Of a stretch of DNA of 64,000 nucleotides, positions 18,701-29,072 are shown in pieces (positions within the stretch are counted from its first letter, which is position 1; each line of letters opens with the position of its first letter). The notes under the pieces are model-generated. The model worked only from the letters and a program-made list of their open reading frames with translations, was not told the origin of the DNA and made no database searches. This DNA is from a virus: positions 1 to 64,000 of the IMG/VR virus record IMGVR_UViG_3300020463_003399. The stretch is one strand, 5' to 3'. A program made the position numbers and the translations under genes.

Positions 18701-20077
18701 TTATTGTAATAGTTCAAGTCTCCAGAAGCCTGCATCATATATTCCTTGGAATGTATCCGACCATTCACTGTTTTCAAATTTAAATTGTTGTCCTGTGAAA
18801 GTATTTGTTACATATGCACGTAATGTATAAGCACTAGCATCAAATGATTTAATCCATGCTGAACCGTTATATTCTATAATATCGTTCATACCTATATCTA
18901 TACCCCATACACTGCTAGAATTAGCAGAAGTTAAAGAAAGATATCTTTGTCCTACTGCTGGTTGAGGAATACTGTTAAATCCTGGTCTGGCTGTTTCTGC
19001 ATCTATTATTCTGTCTACTGCATTTATAGTATTAGTAGGTAAAGTATCTTTATCTACGTCAAATGATAGAAACTCTGGATCATTGGTGTTACTTAGTGTT
19101 CCAATAACGTCTGCATCTAAGTTTTCTAATTCGCCATGATATTTAAGTCTAAGTCTTGAAATGCCATCGTCAAGATTACCATAATATTTTAGAACATCTT
19201 CCCATTTTACACCATCATCATAGTTACCATTTCTCAATACTTGTGCTAGATAATTTCCGTTATTTTCTGTCATCTTTAATGAGAAATTCTCAGGTGTAAC
19301 AATAACAGTAGATTGCTTTTTCAAATCGCTAAAGAATTCAAAAGCATCTGGATCATAATCTAGTGTATCTATGTCAGTATAGTTATATATGTTGTGTATA
19401 ATATTTCTAATTACGTTTTGTCTTGTAACTTGTGCTGGAGGATTAATCCAAATTGGTATTTGAAAAAACATCGTTGCAATATCTATTTGGTCTTCAATAC
19501 CTGCAGGAATACCTCTACTACTCCATTGAATATCACTTAATTCTACAGTAGTAATTGTTGTCCAATCTACAGGATTATCATTGTGTTGTATTTCTAGTGC
19601 TGGATTAAACAGTACTAATATCTGTTCCATTAGTTGTAACTTTTGGTCAGTATTACTTGTCCAAACATCTACTTGCATATTCAAAAGATAAGGAACTGGC
19701 ATAAGTCTTCTTACGTTAAATCTATTACCAGTTTCATTTACATACTTTTGTGTAGTGTCATCAAATTTTCTTTCTGTTACTGATACTGCATCGTTAAAAA
19801 ATGGCTCTTGTACTCTAGACCTGTCTGGTTGTAAACTTTGTATCCAACAACCAATAAATGGTGTAGAGTTTACTATGTTTTCAGAATTGCCTTTCATGAT
19901 AGTAGCGGCCATACGAGAAATATCACCGTAACGTGCTGGCACACGAATGAAGTAATCAGTTGTATCGTCATTCATTTTCTTTCCTGTTTTTACACTGAAC
20001 CCACTAAACAATCTTATAAATTGTAAAATGTATCTTCTTATTTGTTCATCGTAAAAATGAGTTTGTTTTATTGCCAT
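18701..20077 (-). CDS. gp15: tail sheath stabiliser/terminator
   Basis: FYDEQIRRYILQF, MPVPY, QLMEQILVLFNP; follows the neck gene. Confidence 0.8.
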   Translation of the reverse strand: MAIKQTHFYDEQIRRYILQFIRLFSGFSVKTGKKMNDDTTDYFIRVPARYGDISRMAATIMKGNSENIVNSTPFIGCWIQSLQPDRSRVQEPFFNDAVSVTERKFDDTTQKYVNETGNRFNVRRLMPVPYLLNMQVDVWTSNTDQKLQLMEQILVLFNPALEIQHNDNPVDWTTITTVELSDIQWSSRGIPAGIEDQIDIATMFFQIPIWINPPAQVTRQNVIRNIIHNIYNYTDIDTLDYDPDAFEFFSDLKKQSTVIVTPENFSLKMTENNGNYLAQVLRNGNYDDGVKWEDVLKYYGNLDDGISRLRLKYHGELENLDADVIGTLSNTNDPEFLSFDVDKDTLPTNTINAVDRIIDAETARPGFNSIPQPAVGQRYLSLTSANSSSVWGIDIGMNDIIEYNGSAWIKSFDASAYTLRAYVTNTFTGQQFKFENSEWSDTFQGIYDAGFWRLELLQ

Positions 20078-20078
20078 A

Positions 20079-21074
20079 TTAATCTACCTTTGGTTTAACT
20101 GCTTTCGATAAATTAACTTTACCTGCAATTATGGTACCATCTTCTAATTTAACGACACCGTCATTATTAATAAATTGATGATGCAAGTGATGTCCAACTT
20201 CCCAACCACCGTCACTGTCTTCAACTTTGTACCACTTATCATCTCTATACTGAAATAGTCTAGCAGGTGAATAATCTGTACGTAAGAAGTATGTGTTCTC
20301 TGGTGGTTCATTAGGAAACTGTGTGCCACTAGCAACTGTCGCCATGTCTATATCTTTAGGATGTTGTCCTTCTTCTGCATATTGTAAATTATTTGTTCTA
20401 TAATCCCAATATCTTCCTGGAACATTTTCTTGAGCCTCATCAACGATTGCATCATTGATTTGAAGTTCTTTATTGTAAGTAGACAAGATGTTTTTTAAAT
20501 CATCAGCCTCTTCACCAGTTCCAAGAATATCTGCATACTCTTGTGAATCTTGTAATTGTTTACAACGTATACGCCAAATATGTGGCCACCAACCAGGGTC
20601 AAACCCTTCTGCGGCCTTCGATGCATCTTGCACAACCCAATATTGATTTACTGCCGGAGATTCCTCATCAAGTAACATATCTTCTCTCATATGAGGTAAT
20701 TCAATAACGTCACCTGTCATTAACTTTCTTCCTATCTTTTCTACCATATCATTTAGATGTAGTGTAAAGATTATTTGGTCGTTTCCTAGAAACATTCCAA
20801 ACTGAGATAAGTCCATGTCTTGGTCTGTTACTGTATAAACACCACGCAAATCATAAATGTTATCGTCATATTTTCTATCACGATTTTCCATGAATAGCAA
20901 ATCTTGTATCGCAGGTTTTGTAGGATCATAATTAGGATCAGTTGTGTCTTGAGATCCTAGATACTTATGGACAAGTAGTGAAGTTCCACCATGTTCAAAG
21001 TGGGCTTTCACTGTTTTATCTATAAACTTATAATCATTTCCCTTACGTGGGTTCCATAAACTTAATCTTGGCAT
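20079..21074 (-). CDS. gp14: neck protein (gp14-like)
   Basis: QDLLFMENRDR, LSQFGMFL, GDVIELPH; minus-strand late promoter at 21099-21106. Confidence 0.7.
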   Translation of the reverse strand: MPRLSLWNPRKGNDYKFIDKTVKAHFEHGGTSLLVHKYLGSQDTTDPNYDPTKPAIQDLLFMENRDRKYDDNIYDLRGVYTVTDQDMDLSQFGMFLGNDQIIFTLHLNDMVEKIGRKLMTGDVIELPHMREDMLLDEESPAVNQYWVVQDASKAAEGFDPGWWPHIWRIRCKQLQDSQEYADILGTGEEADDLKNILSTYNKELQINDAIVDEAQENVPGRYWDYRTNNLQYAEEGQHPKDIDMATVASGTQFPNEPPENTYFLRTDYSPARLFQYRDDKWYKVEDSDGGWEVGHHLHHQFINNDGVVKLEDGTIIAGKVNLSKAVKPKVD

Positions 21075-21140
21075 ATTTTTTTCCTTGACTTCTATACGTA
21101 TTTATCTTATTATAACTAAATAGATTTAAAGGGAAAGAGC

Positions 21141-21836
21141 ATGAACTACGATAATCAACTAGGATATATTGTTGTCAGAGACTATTTACCAAGTTTTGCA
21201 ATACAACAATTCAAATTATGGGCATTAAATCCTGAAAGAATTCACAGAGGCAATGCATGTGACGGAAAATACTACGATTCTCATGAATTAGGTAGAGAAT
21301 ATGATGTTTGGTGGACTACTAAACCGCCTTCTGAATTTTGGAAACCTGTAGTTTGGGGATTAGTAAGTCATATTGATGCAATATTTCAAAAAGGAGCATG
21401 GGGAATTCATGCAGTTGATTGTATTACAACAAGAGGTGGATCCTCAAAAGTTTATGCACATATAGATACCCCTTATAGATTTAAAGAATTTAATCAATCT
21501 GATAGAGTACTAGGAGTACAGATAATTATACCACTAGATCCTTTCACATTAGAGAATGGTGGTACTGCATTTTTACCTGGTTCTCATTTAGAAAAGATTG
21601 ATTTTGAAGATTTGGAAGAGAATCGAGAAGCCTACAATGAAAGGCTTTTACTTGATGGACAACAATTCTTAGCTAAACCAGGCGATGTTTTAATGTATGA
21701 CGGAAGAACATTACATAGTACTATGCCTAATCATTCCAATCAATTTAGAAGTGCCTTACTGATAAATGCTTTACAAAGAGATGTTATAGAAGATGTAAAA
21801 TATCTTGATAATAACACGGATAAAGTTAAAACTTGA
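21141..21836 (+). CDS. phytanoyl-CoA dioxygenase (PhyH) family 2OG-Fe(II) oxygenase
   Basis: HID, LDPFTLENGGTAFLPGSH, GDVLMYDGRTLH; TTGACT-17-TATTAT promoter at 21085-21113. Confidence 0.85.
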   Translation: MNYDNQLGYIVVRDYLPSFAIQQFKLWALNPERIHRGNACDGKYYDSHELGREYDVWWTTKPPSEFWKPVVWGLVSHIDAIFQKGAWGIHAVDCITTRGGSSKVYAHIDTPYRFKEFNQSDRVLGVQIIIPLDPFTLENGGTAFLPGSHLEKIDFEDLEENREAYNERLLLDGQQFLAKPGDVLMYDGRTLHSTMPNHSNQFRSALLINALQRDVIEDVKYLDNNTDKVKT

Positions 21837-21908
21837 CAAAAATCGACTATTGTAGTTAAATAGAAACTATAATAAAACGATTCGACAATAATTATTAGGG
21901 AGTCATTA

Positions 21909-23186
21909 ATGGCACTGGCAAAACGAAAGAAAAATATCAAGAGAGCCTCGCCTAGGCGCGGAGCGAAACTTGAATCACCTAAATGGGACGGTTGGGAAGA
22001 ATGGTCTGGTGAATTGTTTCATCGTAAACACTCAGCGGCCAGAGAGTTTTATTATCAAAATTATAAGCCAGCAGATTTATATCCTTTTGCTATTCAGTGG
22101 ATGCAAAAGAATGATTACACTAAAGAAGATATTCGTTGTGTAAAAGCCGCACCAGATTACGAATTAAGTATTACTGCGGCCATATCCTGTAAACTACTAT
22201 TAGATGGTATGCCAGAGTTCAATCAGAAAGAAGATGATTACTGGCAAACACTTGCTGGTACAACAGGTCATATACAACCTGCATCTATCTTTATCAAAAA
22301 AAGAATAGCACAAGCTATAGAAAAAGGTAAGTCAATTAAAGAAGAAAAAGAAGAAAAAGAAAAAGAAGAATCAAAGAAAAATAATCTTTATCGACCTTCT
22401 ATTCAAGAACTATTACGTGCTAAAGCATTCTCTATGACAAATGAAATTGATGACTTTATCAATGATTTTGAAATGACAAGTGGTGCTTTGAAAAACTTTA
22501 AGCCATTAAGTCTATTAAGAAAAGTTCAAGCAAAAGCAAATCATGCCAAGATTATCAAAGAATTATATAATGGTTGCTATCTAGAATATGATGAACTTAT
22601 TAATCCACCGTCTACAAAAGGTATGACAGAAAAAGAACTTGATTGGCATAATCAGTTAATCGAAGGATATACATATCTAGAAAAATCCGAAATTAAAGCA
22701 ATGTATGAAATGTATAAAAGCATTGTACAAGCATGTGACATGATTATTGCTAATGCAAAATTTGACCGAAAGCCTCGTAAGAAGAAACCAGTGAGTGCAG
22801 AGAAAGTAGTATCTAGACTCAAGTTTTGCAAAGAGCATACAGATACTGGTTCAGTAAGTATCAATCCAGTTGAACTTGTAGGTGCCAATATTGCAGTTAT
22901 CTATAATGTCAAAACACGTAAGATAGGAATATATCATGCAAGTAATGTTGATCCTATGGGTCTTGGCAGAGATGGTTCTGGATTAAGTGTCAAAGGTACT
23001 ACAATGATACGTTTCAGAGAAGATGAAAGTCTTCAAAAGACATTACGTAAGCCACAAGAACAACTCCCTATCTTCAAAAAGATAACAAAACGTTCATTAA
23101 ACAAAGAGTTTTCTGCTATCAAGTCTGTAGAGACTAAGATGAATGGTCGAATTAACGAACATACACTGCTTCTCAAGGTTTTTTGA
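21909..23186 (+). CDS. hypothetical protein, C-terminus resembling conserved T4-like phage proteins
   Basis: 425 aa; C-terminal KTLRKPQEQL...NGRINEHTLLLKVF. Confidence 0.6.
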   Translation: MALAKRKKNIKRASPRRGAKLESPKWDGWEEWSGELFHRKHSAAREFYYQNYKPADLYPFAIQWMQKNDYTKEDIRCVKAAPDYELSITAAISCKLLLDGMPEFNQKEDDYWQTLAGTTGHIQPASIFIKKRIAQAIEKGKSIKEEKEEKEKEESKKNNLYRPSIQELLRAKAFSMTNEIDDFINDFEMTSGALKNFKPLSLLRKVQAKANHAKIIKELYNGCYLEYDELINPPSTKGMTEKELDWHNQLIEGYTYLEKSEIKAMYEMYKSIVQACDMIIANAKFDRKPRKKKPVSAEKVVSRLKFCKEHTDTGSVSINPVELVGANIAVIYNVKTRKIGIYHASNVDPMGLGRDGSGLSVKGTTMIRFREDESLQKTLRKPQEQLPIFKKITKRSLNKEFSAIKSVETKMNGRINEHTLLLKVF

Positions 23187-23258
23187 TAAATATACTTGTA
23201 GGAGATACTGACGAGTATCACTATCATTGATAATAATTTTATCCCGGGAGAAGATACA

Positions 23259-23738
23259 ATGACAGATAAGAAAAGGTATTACTTTGCAGAAGTAAACATT
23301 CCAGAAGCCATCAAAACGGCTAATTCTGACATGGATCCGGCAGAAATCTTAAAGATTAAACTAGAAGAATATGTAGATGCAACAAATGGTTCAAAAAATT
23401 CCAGAGCATTGAAAGATATGATTTACGAAGATATTAAGATTTATGGTTGGCACCCAACAGATACAACTAAAACTGCATATTGTTTAACATTTATCAACGC
23501 AAGACATTGGGACGCATTTAAGGTATATACACCTGATTTCAGAACTTGGTTAAATGATACACACAACATAACGTATACACATGAGGCGCATTCAGATTTG
23601 CCTTTCGAAATCGCAGATAAAGATAATCTAAATGGTGCGGCTGTTTCACATGAAGGTCATAATATGAATTATGAAGTTGCGAAACACAAAGCCTTTTTAG
23701 AAGATTTACCATCATCACGTGGTTTTGAATTTAATTAA
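23259..23738 (+). CDS. hypothetical late protein
   Basis: GATAAATA at 23185, GGAG RBS, own terminator. Confidence 0.65.
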   Translation: MTDKKRYYFAEVNIPEAIKTANSDMDPAEILKIKLEEYVDATNGSKNSRALKDMIYEDIKIYGWHPTDTTKTAYCLTFINARHWDAFKVYTPDFRTWLNDTHNITYTHEAHSDLPFEIADKDNLNGAAVSHEGHNMNYEVAKHKAFLEDLPSSRGFEFN

Positions 23739-23762
23739 TCTAAAATAATCACACATTTAAAG

Positions 23763-23787
23763 ACCCACTCTTAGGAGTGGGTTTTTT
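23763..23787 (+). terminator. intrinsic terminator
   Basis: ACCCACTC-TTAG-GAGTGGGT followed by T tract. Confidence 0.85.
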
Positions 23788-23832
23788 ATTATCTCCCTAA
23801 AATGATAAATACATTATATTGGAGAATAATCA

Positions 23833-24582
23833 ATGCCAAAGAATAGCAAAGTTAGAAACAATTTAATCAAAGAAGTAAGACTACTGCTTGGTGACGGAAT
23901 GATTGATATAGAATTAGATCCGGATCACTATGATTTAGCAGTAGAAGTTGCTATATCTAAAATTCAGCAAAGATCCGAAAATGCAGTTGAAGAAGATTTC
24001 TATGCAATGGAATTAAAAAAGGATCAAGATGAGTATACCCTTCCTGGTGAAATTATGGAAGTAAAACAAATTCATCATCGTTCATTTGGACATGGTATAT
24101 CAGGCGGTGTTGACATGGATCCATTTGAGTTAGCATATGCTAATTCATATTTCTTTTTAAATAATCATATTGGCGGTATAGCTACATATGATGCATTTTC
24201 ACAATATCGTGAATCATTAAATAGAATTGCGGCAACAGACATTCAATTTATTTGGAATCCAACCACAAAAAAATTAAAGCTATTACGTAGAATGAGGGCA
24301 GATGAAATGGTATTATTACATGTTCATCTTGAAAGACCAGAAGAACAACTGATAGAAGACCCTTATTTGAAATCATGGATGAGAGACTACACTCTTGCAT
24401 ATTGCAAGAAAATGTTAGGCGAGGCAAGAAGTAAGTTTGGTTCATTACCAGGCGCACAAGGAGGTGTTTCTTTAAACGGAGACGCCATGAAACAGGAAGC
24501 AGATGTACTGCTAGACAAATTAGAAACTGACTTGCAAACCTACTCAGACGGGTCTGCACCATTGAGTTTCGTAATAGGCTAA
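23833..24582 (+). CDS. gp13: neck protein (gp13-like)
   Basis: LLGDGMIDIELD, WMRDYTLAYCK..LGEARSKF..LPGAQGGVSLNG. Confidence 0.8.
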   Translation: MPKNSKVRNNLIKEVRLLLGDGMIDIELDPDHYDLAVEVAISKIQQRSENAVEEDFYAMELKKDQDEYTLPGEIMEVKQIHHRSFGHGISGGVDMDPFELAYANSYFFLNNHIGGIATYDAFSQYRESLNRIAATDIQFIWNPTTKKLKLLRRMRADEMVLLHVHLERPEEQLIEDPYLKSWMRDYTLAYCKKMLGEARSKFGSLPGAQGGVSLNGDAMKQEADVLLDKLETDLQTYSDGSAPLSFVIG

Positions 24583-24583
24583 A

Positions 24584-24907
24584 ATGGAATTCATACTTAA
24601 GGTTTTAATATCAGGGTTACTAGTGGCATCGGTTAGCATGATGGCACAAAGAAACGCAACAATGGCGGCTCTTTTAATGGGCATACCTTTCACTGCTTTT
24701 CTTTCTATGATTTTTATGTGGTGGTCAGGAATTGACCCACAGACATTTCAACAATTCTCTTTTGAGACTATATATTTCGTATTGACAAGTCTAGTATTTT
24801 TTGTTATAGTAGGGATACTAGTAACAAAAGTAGGCTTCTGGTTAAGTGTAATGATAGGAACATTTGTAACAGTAATACTATATAATATTCTCTTGAGGTT
24901 TTTATGA
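24584..24907 (+). CDS. small multi-pass membrane protein (DUF3147-like)
   Basis: KVLISGLLVA...AALLMGIPFTAFLSM; about four hydrophobic segments. Confidence 0.55.
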   Translation: MEFILKVLISGLLVASVSMMAQRNATMAALLMGIPFTAFLSMIFMWWSGIDPQTFQQFSFETIYFVLTSLVFFVIVGILVTKVGFWLSVMIGTFVTVILYNILLRFL

Positions 24908-25530
24908 AAAAAATTGTCGGTATCTGTGGACTAATAGGACATGGAAAAGACACAGTTGCAGGTCATCTAATAGAGCAAGGCTATCAAAGAATTAGTTTTG
25001 CAGGTGTTTTAAAAGATGCATGTGCAAATATATTTGGTTGGGATAGAATCTTGCTTGAAGGTAACACTTCTGAAAGCAGAGCATTCAGAGAACAAGTAGA
25101 TGAATGGTGGGCTAAGAGATTAGATATAAAAAACTTCACTCCAAGATGGGCTTTACAACACGTAGGCACAGACGTATTCAGAACACATTTTCATCCTGAT
25201 ATATGGGTAGCGGCTTGTGAAAGACAAGTAGAAATGGCAGATAAAAATGTTGTTATTTCTGATTGTAGATTTTACAATGAGTTAGATGTTATCAAAAGAT
25301 TAGGTGGAAAAACTACAGTAGTATGGAGACATGATAAGCCAGAGTGGTGGAATACTGCATGTATACAAAATCAATCTACATCAGACAGAATGATGAATGG
25401 CATGAAAAGATATCCAAATGTTCATAGAAGTGAATATAGTTGGGCAGGATGGGACTTTGATATAGAATTTGATAACTCTGGTGACCTAAAAAATCTTTAT
25501 AGTCAAGTTTCAGGTGCATTGTCTACGTAG
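24904..25530 (+). CDS. deoxynucleoside monophosphate kinase (T4 gp1-like)
   Basis: GICGLIGHGKDT P-loop, TPRWALQHVGTD, VISDCRF, HRSE. Confidence 0.9.
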   Translation: MKKIVGICGLIGHGKDTVAGHLIEQGYQRISFAGVLKDACANIFGWDRILLEGNTSESRAFREQVDEWWAKRLDIKNFTPRWALQHVGTDVFRTHFHPDIWVAACERQVEMADKNVVISDCRFYNELDVIKRLGGKTTVVWRHDKPEWWNTACIQNQSTSDRMMNGMKRYPNVHRSEYSWAGWDFDIEFDNSGDLKNLYSQVSGALST

Positions 25531-25634
25531 TTAACTCAAAAAAGACACTTTTTTCTCCATTTCCGATAAATAGTAGTAGCAATTACATTAATTGTAATAT
25601 AGTAATTAAGTAATTAAGAAAAAGGAGAAACAGA

Positions 25635-28316
25635 ATGCCTACATTAGTATCACCGGGCGTGTCAGTTACAGTAGTCGATGAATCGCAATATGCGGCGGCT
25701 ACTCAAGGTACACTTCCACTAATAGTTGTTGCAACGGCAACAAACAAAACAGACGCATCTGGTTCAGCTATCGCTTCTGGAACATTGGCCGCAAATGCCG
25801 GTGTTGCATATCTTGTTTCTTCACAACGAGAATTAGTTGAGACTTTCGGAGAACCTAAGTTCTACGAAGTTGGCGGATCGGTTGTGCAAGGAGCAGAAAC
25901 GAGTGAATATGGTTTATTATCCGCTTATCAATATCTAGGTGTATCAAACAACGCCTATGTTATGAGAGCAAATGTAGACTTAGCACAGTTAGAAGCAACT
26001 ACAACTGAACCTGCAGGAGCAATCGCGGCTGGAACATATTGGCACGACACATCTAAATCTTCTTTTGGAATCTTTAGGCACGACGGTACAGACTGGGTTG
26101 CTTATACTCCAAAAGTTTTGACAGATGCACCTGGAACAGGTGATGTCGAAGCCATCAACGCAGACGGATTTGCTTCACCAACAAACACATATGGAGCGGC
26201 AGGCGAGATTGCAATCGTAGCCTCAACCGCAAAAATCACTTACTGGGAAAAAGTTGGTGTAAACTGGGTCGTATTAGGCGACACCGGTTCAGCCGATTTC
26301 CAATTTTCAAGATTTGCACCTACAACACAGTCAGACGGATCAACACCATTATCAACTGGTAATGTTTATGTACGTTTAACAAAACAAGGTGGAGGTATTG
26401 ACTTTGGAGTTTCAGTATATGATGCAACATCAGGATTATTTACGGCGGTTCAAGCACCAATGTATTCTACAGATGACTTAGCAAGTGCAGATTTAATCGA
26501 CACAGGCGATGTATATGCTAGATACAATGCTACACAAGGTTTTGTAGAACTACGTAGACACACTGGTAAAGCACAAACACAAATTACATCAGGTGTTATT
26601 CCAAGCACTACATCTATCACTGCTGACTTTACAGTAGAAGGTGTACAGTTTCAACCAAATGCATCTACACTTGATGCACTAATCATTTCAATGCAATCAA
26701 ATTCATCTTTGAATGCGGCAAATGTAAATGTTGAAAAAGTTGGATCTAACAAAATCAGAATGACTAAATCAGATGGTAAAGAACTTAATGTTAACTTTAC
26801 ATCAGGCTTTGGTGCATTAGGATTTGCACAATCTGATAATGTAGATAGTGTTTGGGGTGACTTATCATATGAAGCCAAATCTACACAACCAACAGGTGTT
26901 GTAAGTGACGGTACTCTATGGTACAATCCAGACTTAAAAATTGAGATTTTGAAAAATACATTTGACGGTACAAACATGGTATGGAATAGATACACATGGT
27001 CAGAAGACGCAGATGGTTTACTAGGTACAGAACTACAGTTACGTACAGGTATGCCAACAGCCCGTAAAGATGGAACAAGTCCATTACAAGCGGGTGATAT
27101 ATGGGTCGATGGCGATGAGTTACCATATCCAGCAATCTATCTATATGATGGTACAAAGTTTGTTAAACTAGATAATGCTGACCAATCATCACTTAACGGT
27201 GTTGTATTTGGACATTATCATGATGAGGCACCGTACGATGCAAACGGTAATTTCGTATCACGTACACCTCACTCATTAACACCAAACGCAGAATTACACC
27301 CAGAAGGCATGTTACTAGTTAACATGGATTACTCTACATACAATGTTAAAAAATATGTAAGTAACAAATGGGAATGGGCATCAGGTCTAAACTTAGATGG
27401 CTCAGGTAAATTCGGCGCACATGCACAACGTCACATGGTTGTAGAAGCTATGCAGGCGGCAGTTTCAAGCAATGATGGTATACGTTCAGAAGCCGTATAC
27501 TTTAACTTGATTGCGGCACCAGGCTACTACGAACTAATGGATGAAATGATTGCACTAAACAAAGATAAGAAAGAAATCGCATTTGTAATCGGTGACACAC
27601 CGTTACATCTAAAATCAGATTCTTCTTCTCTTAAGAATTGGGCAACAGATAACGTTCCTGCAGAAACATATGCAGGTGTTTATTACCCACATGGTCTATC
27701 TACAGACTTATCAGGTAATGATGTTGTTATCCCTTCATCAGCGGTAGCATTACGTACTATTGCATTTTCAGACCAAGTATCATTCCCATGGTTCGCACCA
27801 GCAGGCTTGACACGTGGTGTTGTAACTAACGCAAGTAGAGTTGGTTATGTAAACGATGAAAATGAGTTTACACAAGTTAAACTAAGCAATGGTCAAAGAG
27901 ATGTTCTTTACACAAGTCGTGTGAATCCAATCGCAGACCTTCCAAATCAAGGTCTAGTAGTTTATGGTCAAAAGACAACACAGGCATTTGCATCAGCACT
28001 TGACCGTATCAATGTTGCAAGACTTACAAACTACATGCGTTTCAACTTGGATCAATTATCTCGTGGTTTCTTATTTGAAATGAATGATAAAATCACACGT
28101 GATAATATGCGTGATGCAGTAGAACGTTTCTGTGGTGAGTTAGTCACACAAAGAGGTCTATTTGACTTCTTAGTAGTTTGTGACGAATCAAACAACACAC
28201 CAGCACGTATCGATAGAAATGAATTATATGTTGATGTAGCTATTCAACCAGCTAAAGCAGTAGAATTCATCTATATCCCGCTACGTATCAGAAATACTGG
28301 CGAATCTCTAGCATAA
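25635..28316 (+). CDS. gp18: tail sheath protein
   Basis: LVSPGVSV, WFAPAG..RG, GQKT..SALDRINVARL, NNTPARIDRNEL. Confidence 0.95.
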   Translation: MPTLVSPGVSVTVVDESQYAAATQGTLPLIVVATATNKTDASGSAIASGTLAANAGVAYLVSSQRELVETFGEPKFYEVGGSVVQGAETSEYGLLSAYQYLGVSNNAYVMRANVDLAQLEATTTEPAGAIAAGTYWHDTSKSSFGIFRHDGTDWVAYTPKVLTDAPGTGDVEAINADGFASPTNTYGAAGEIAIVASTAKITYWEKVGVNWVVLGDTGSADFQFSRFAPTTQSDGSTPLSTGNVYVRLTKQGGGIDFGVSVYDATSGLFTAVQAPMYSTDDLASADLIDTGDVYARYNATQGFVELRRHTGKAQTQITSGVIPSTTSITADFTVEGVQFQPNASTLDALIISMQSNSSLNAANVNVEKVGSNKIRMTKSDGKELNVNFTSGFGALGFAQSDNVDSVWGDLSYEAKSTQPTGVVSDGTLWYNPDLKIEILKNTFDGTNMVWNRYTWSEDADGLLGTELQLRTGMPTARKDGTSPLQAGDIWVDGDELPYPAIYLYDGTKFVKLDNADQSSLNGVVFGHYHDEAPYDANGNFVSRTPHSLTPNAELHPEGMLLVNMDYSTYNVKKYVSNKWEWASGLNLDGSGKFGAHAQRHMVVEAMQAAVSSNDGIRSEAVYFNLIAAPGYYELMDEMIALNKDKKEIAFVIGDTPLHLKSDSSSLKNWATDNVPAETYAGVYYPHGLSTDLSGNDVVIPSSAVALRTIAFSDQVSFPWFAPAGLTRGVVTNASRVGYVNDENEFTQVKLSNGQRDVLYTSRVNPIADLPNQGLVVYGQKTTQAFASALDRINVARLTNYMRFNLDQLSRGFLFEMNDKITRDNMRDAVERFCGELVTQRGLFDFLVVCDESNNTPARIDRNELYVDVAIQPAKAVEFIYIPLRIRNTGESLA

Positions 28317-28341
28317 TAATAGAGAAAATAACAAATTTATT

Positions 28342-28370
28342 AAAGCCCCTTAGAAATAAGGGGCTTTTTT
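28342..28370 (+). terminator. intrinsic terminator
   Basis: AAAGCCCCTT-AGAAAT-AAGGGGCTTTTTT. Confidence 0.85.
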
Positions 28371-28454
28371 ATTAACTACAACTTTAATTCCAAACATATT
28401 TGATAAATACTCTTATAAACAAAGAAGTTTCGAAACTTTTTAGGAGACAAAAAA

Positions 28455-29054
28455 ATGGCAAGAACATTAAATACTTTCGGTGTACCTACAGATTCCGGTG
28501 ATGGAGTTACTGGCTCAGGTATTCTACAGCCAAAACTGAATTATCGTTTCCGTGTACAAGTTGCAGGTTTCGGTGGTGTATCAACAAATACTACTGAATT
28601 CACAAGACAAGTTATGAACGTAACTAGACCTAAAATCACACACGAATCAATTCCAGTAGATTCATACAATTCACGTATGTACATGATGGGTAAACATACT
28701 TGGGAACCTATCACAATTACTTTACGTGATGATATAGCTAACAACTTAACAAAACTAGTTGGTAGACAAGTACAGTCTCAGTTGAACCACAGAAATCAAG
28801 CTGGTCCGGCGGCAGGTACTAACTATAAGTTTTCTACACTAATTGAAATTTTAGATGGTAACTCAGGTAACCCTAACGAACAATGGCAACTAGAAGGTTG
28901 TTTTGTTCAGAATGCAGATTATTCTCAATCAGACTACTCAGTTTCAGATCCTGTGACAATCGCACTAACACTACAGTACGATAACGCAGTATTCACTGAC
29001 ACTGAAATTATGCCTGATATTGCTTTTACAAATAATTCAAGCATTCTTGGTTAA
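28455..29054 (+). CDS. gp19: tail tube protein
   Basis: PKLNYRFRV, GKHTWEPITITLRDD, WQLEGCF, LTLQYDNA; follows sheath. Confidence 0.85.
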   Translation: MARTLNTFGVPTDSGDGVTGSGILQPKLNYRFRVQVAGFGGVSTNTTEFTRQVMNVTRPKITHESIPVDSYNSRMYMMGKHTWEPITITLRDDIANNLTKLVGRQVQSQLNHRNQAGPAAGTNYKFSTLIEILDGNSGNPNEQWQLEGCFVQNADYSQSDYSVSDPVTIALTLQYDNAVFTDTEIMPDIAFTNNSSILG

Positions 29055-29072
29055 TCTTTGAGGTAGTCAACT

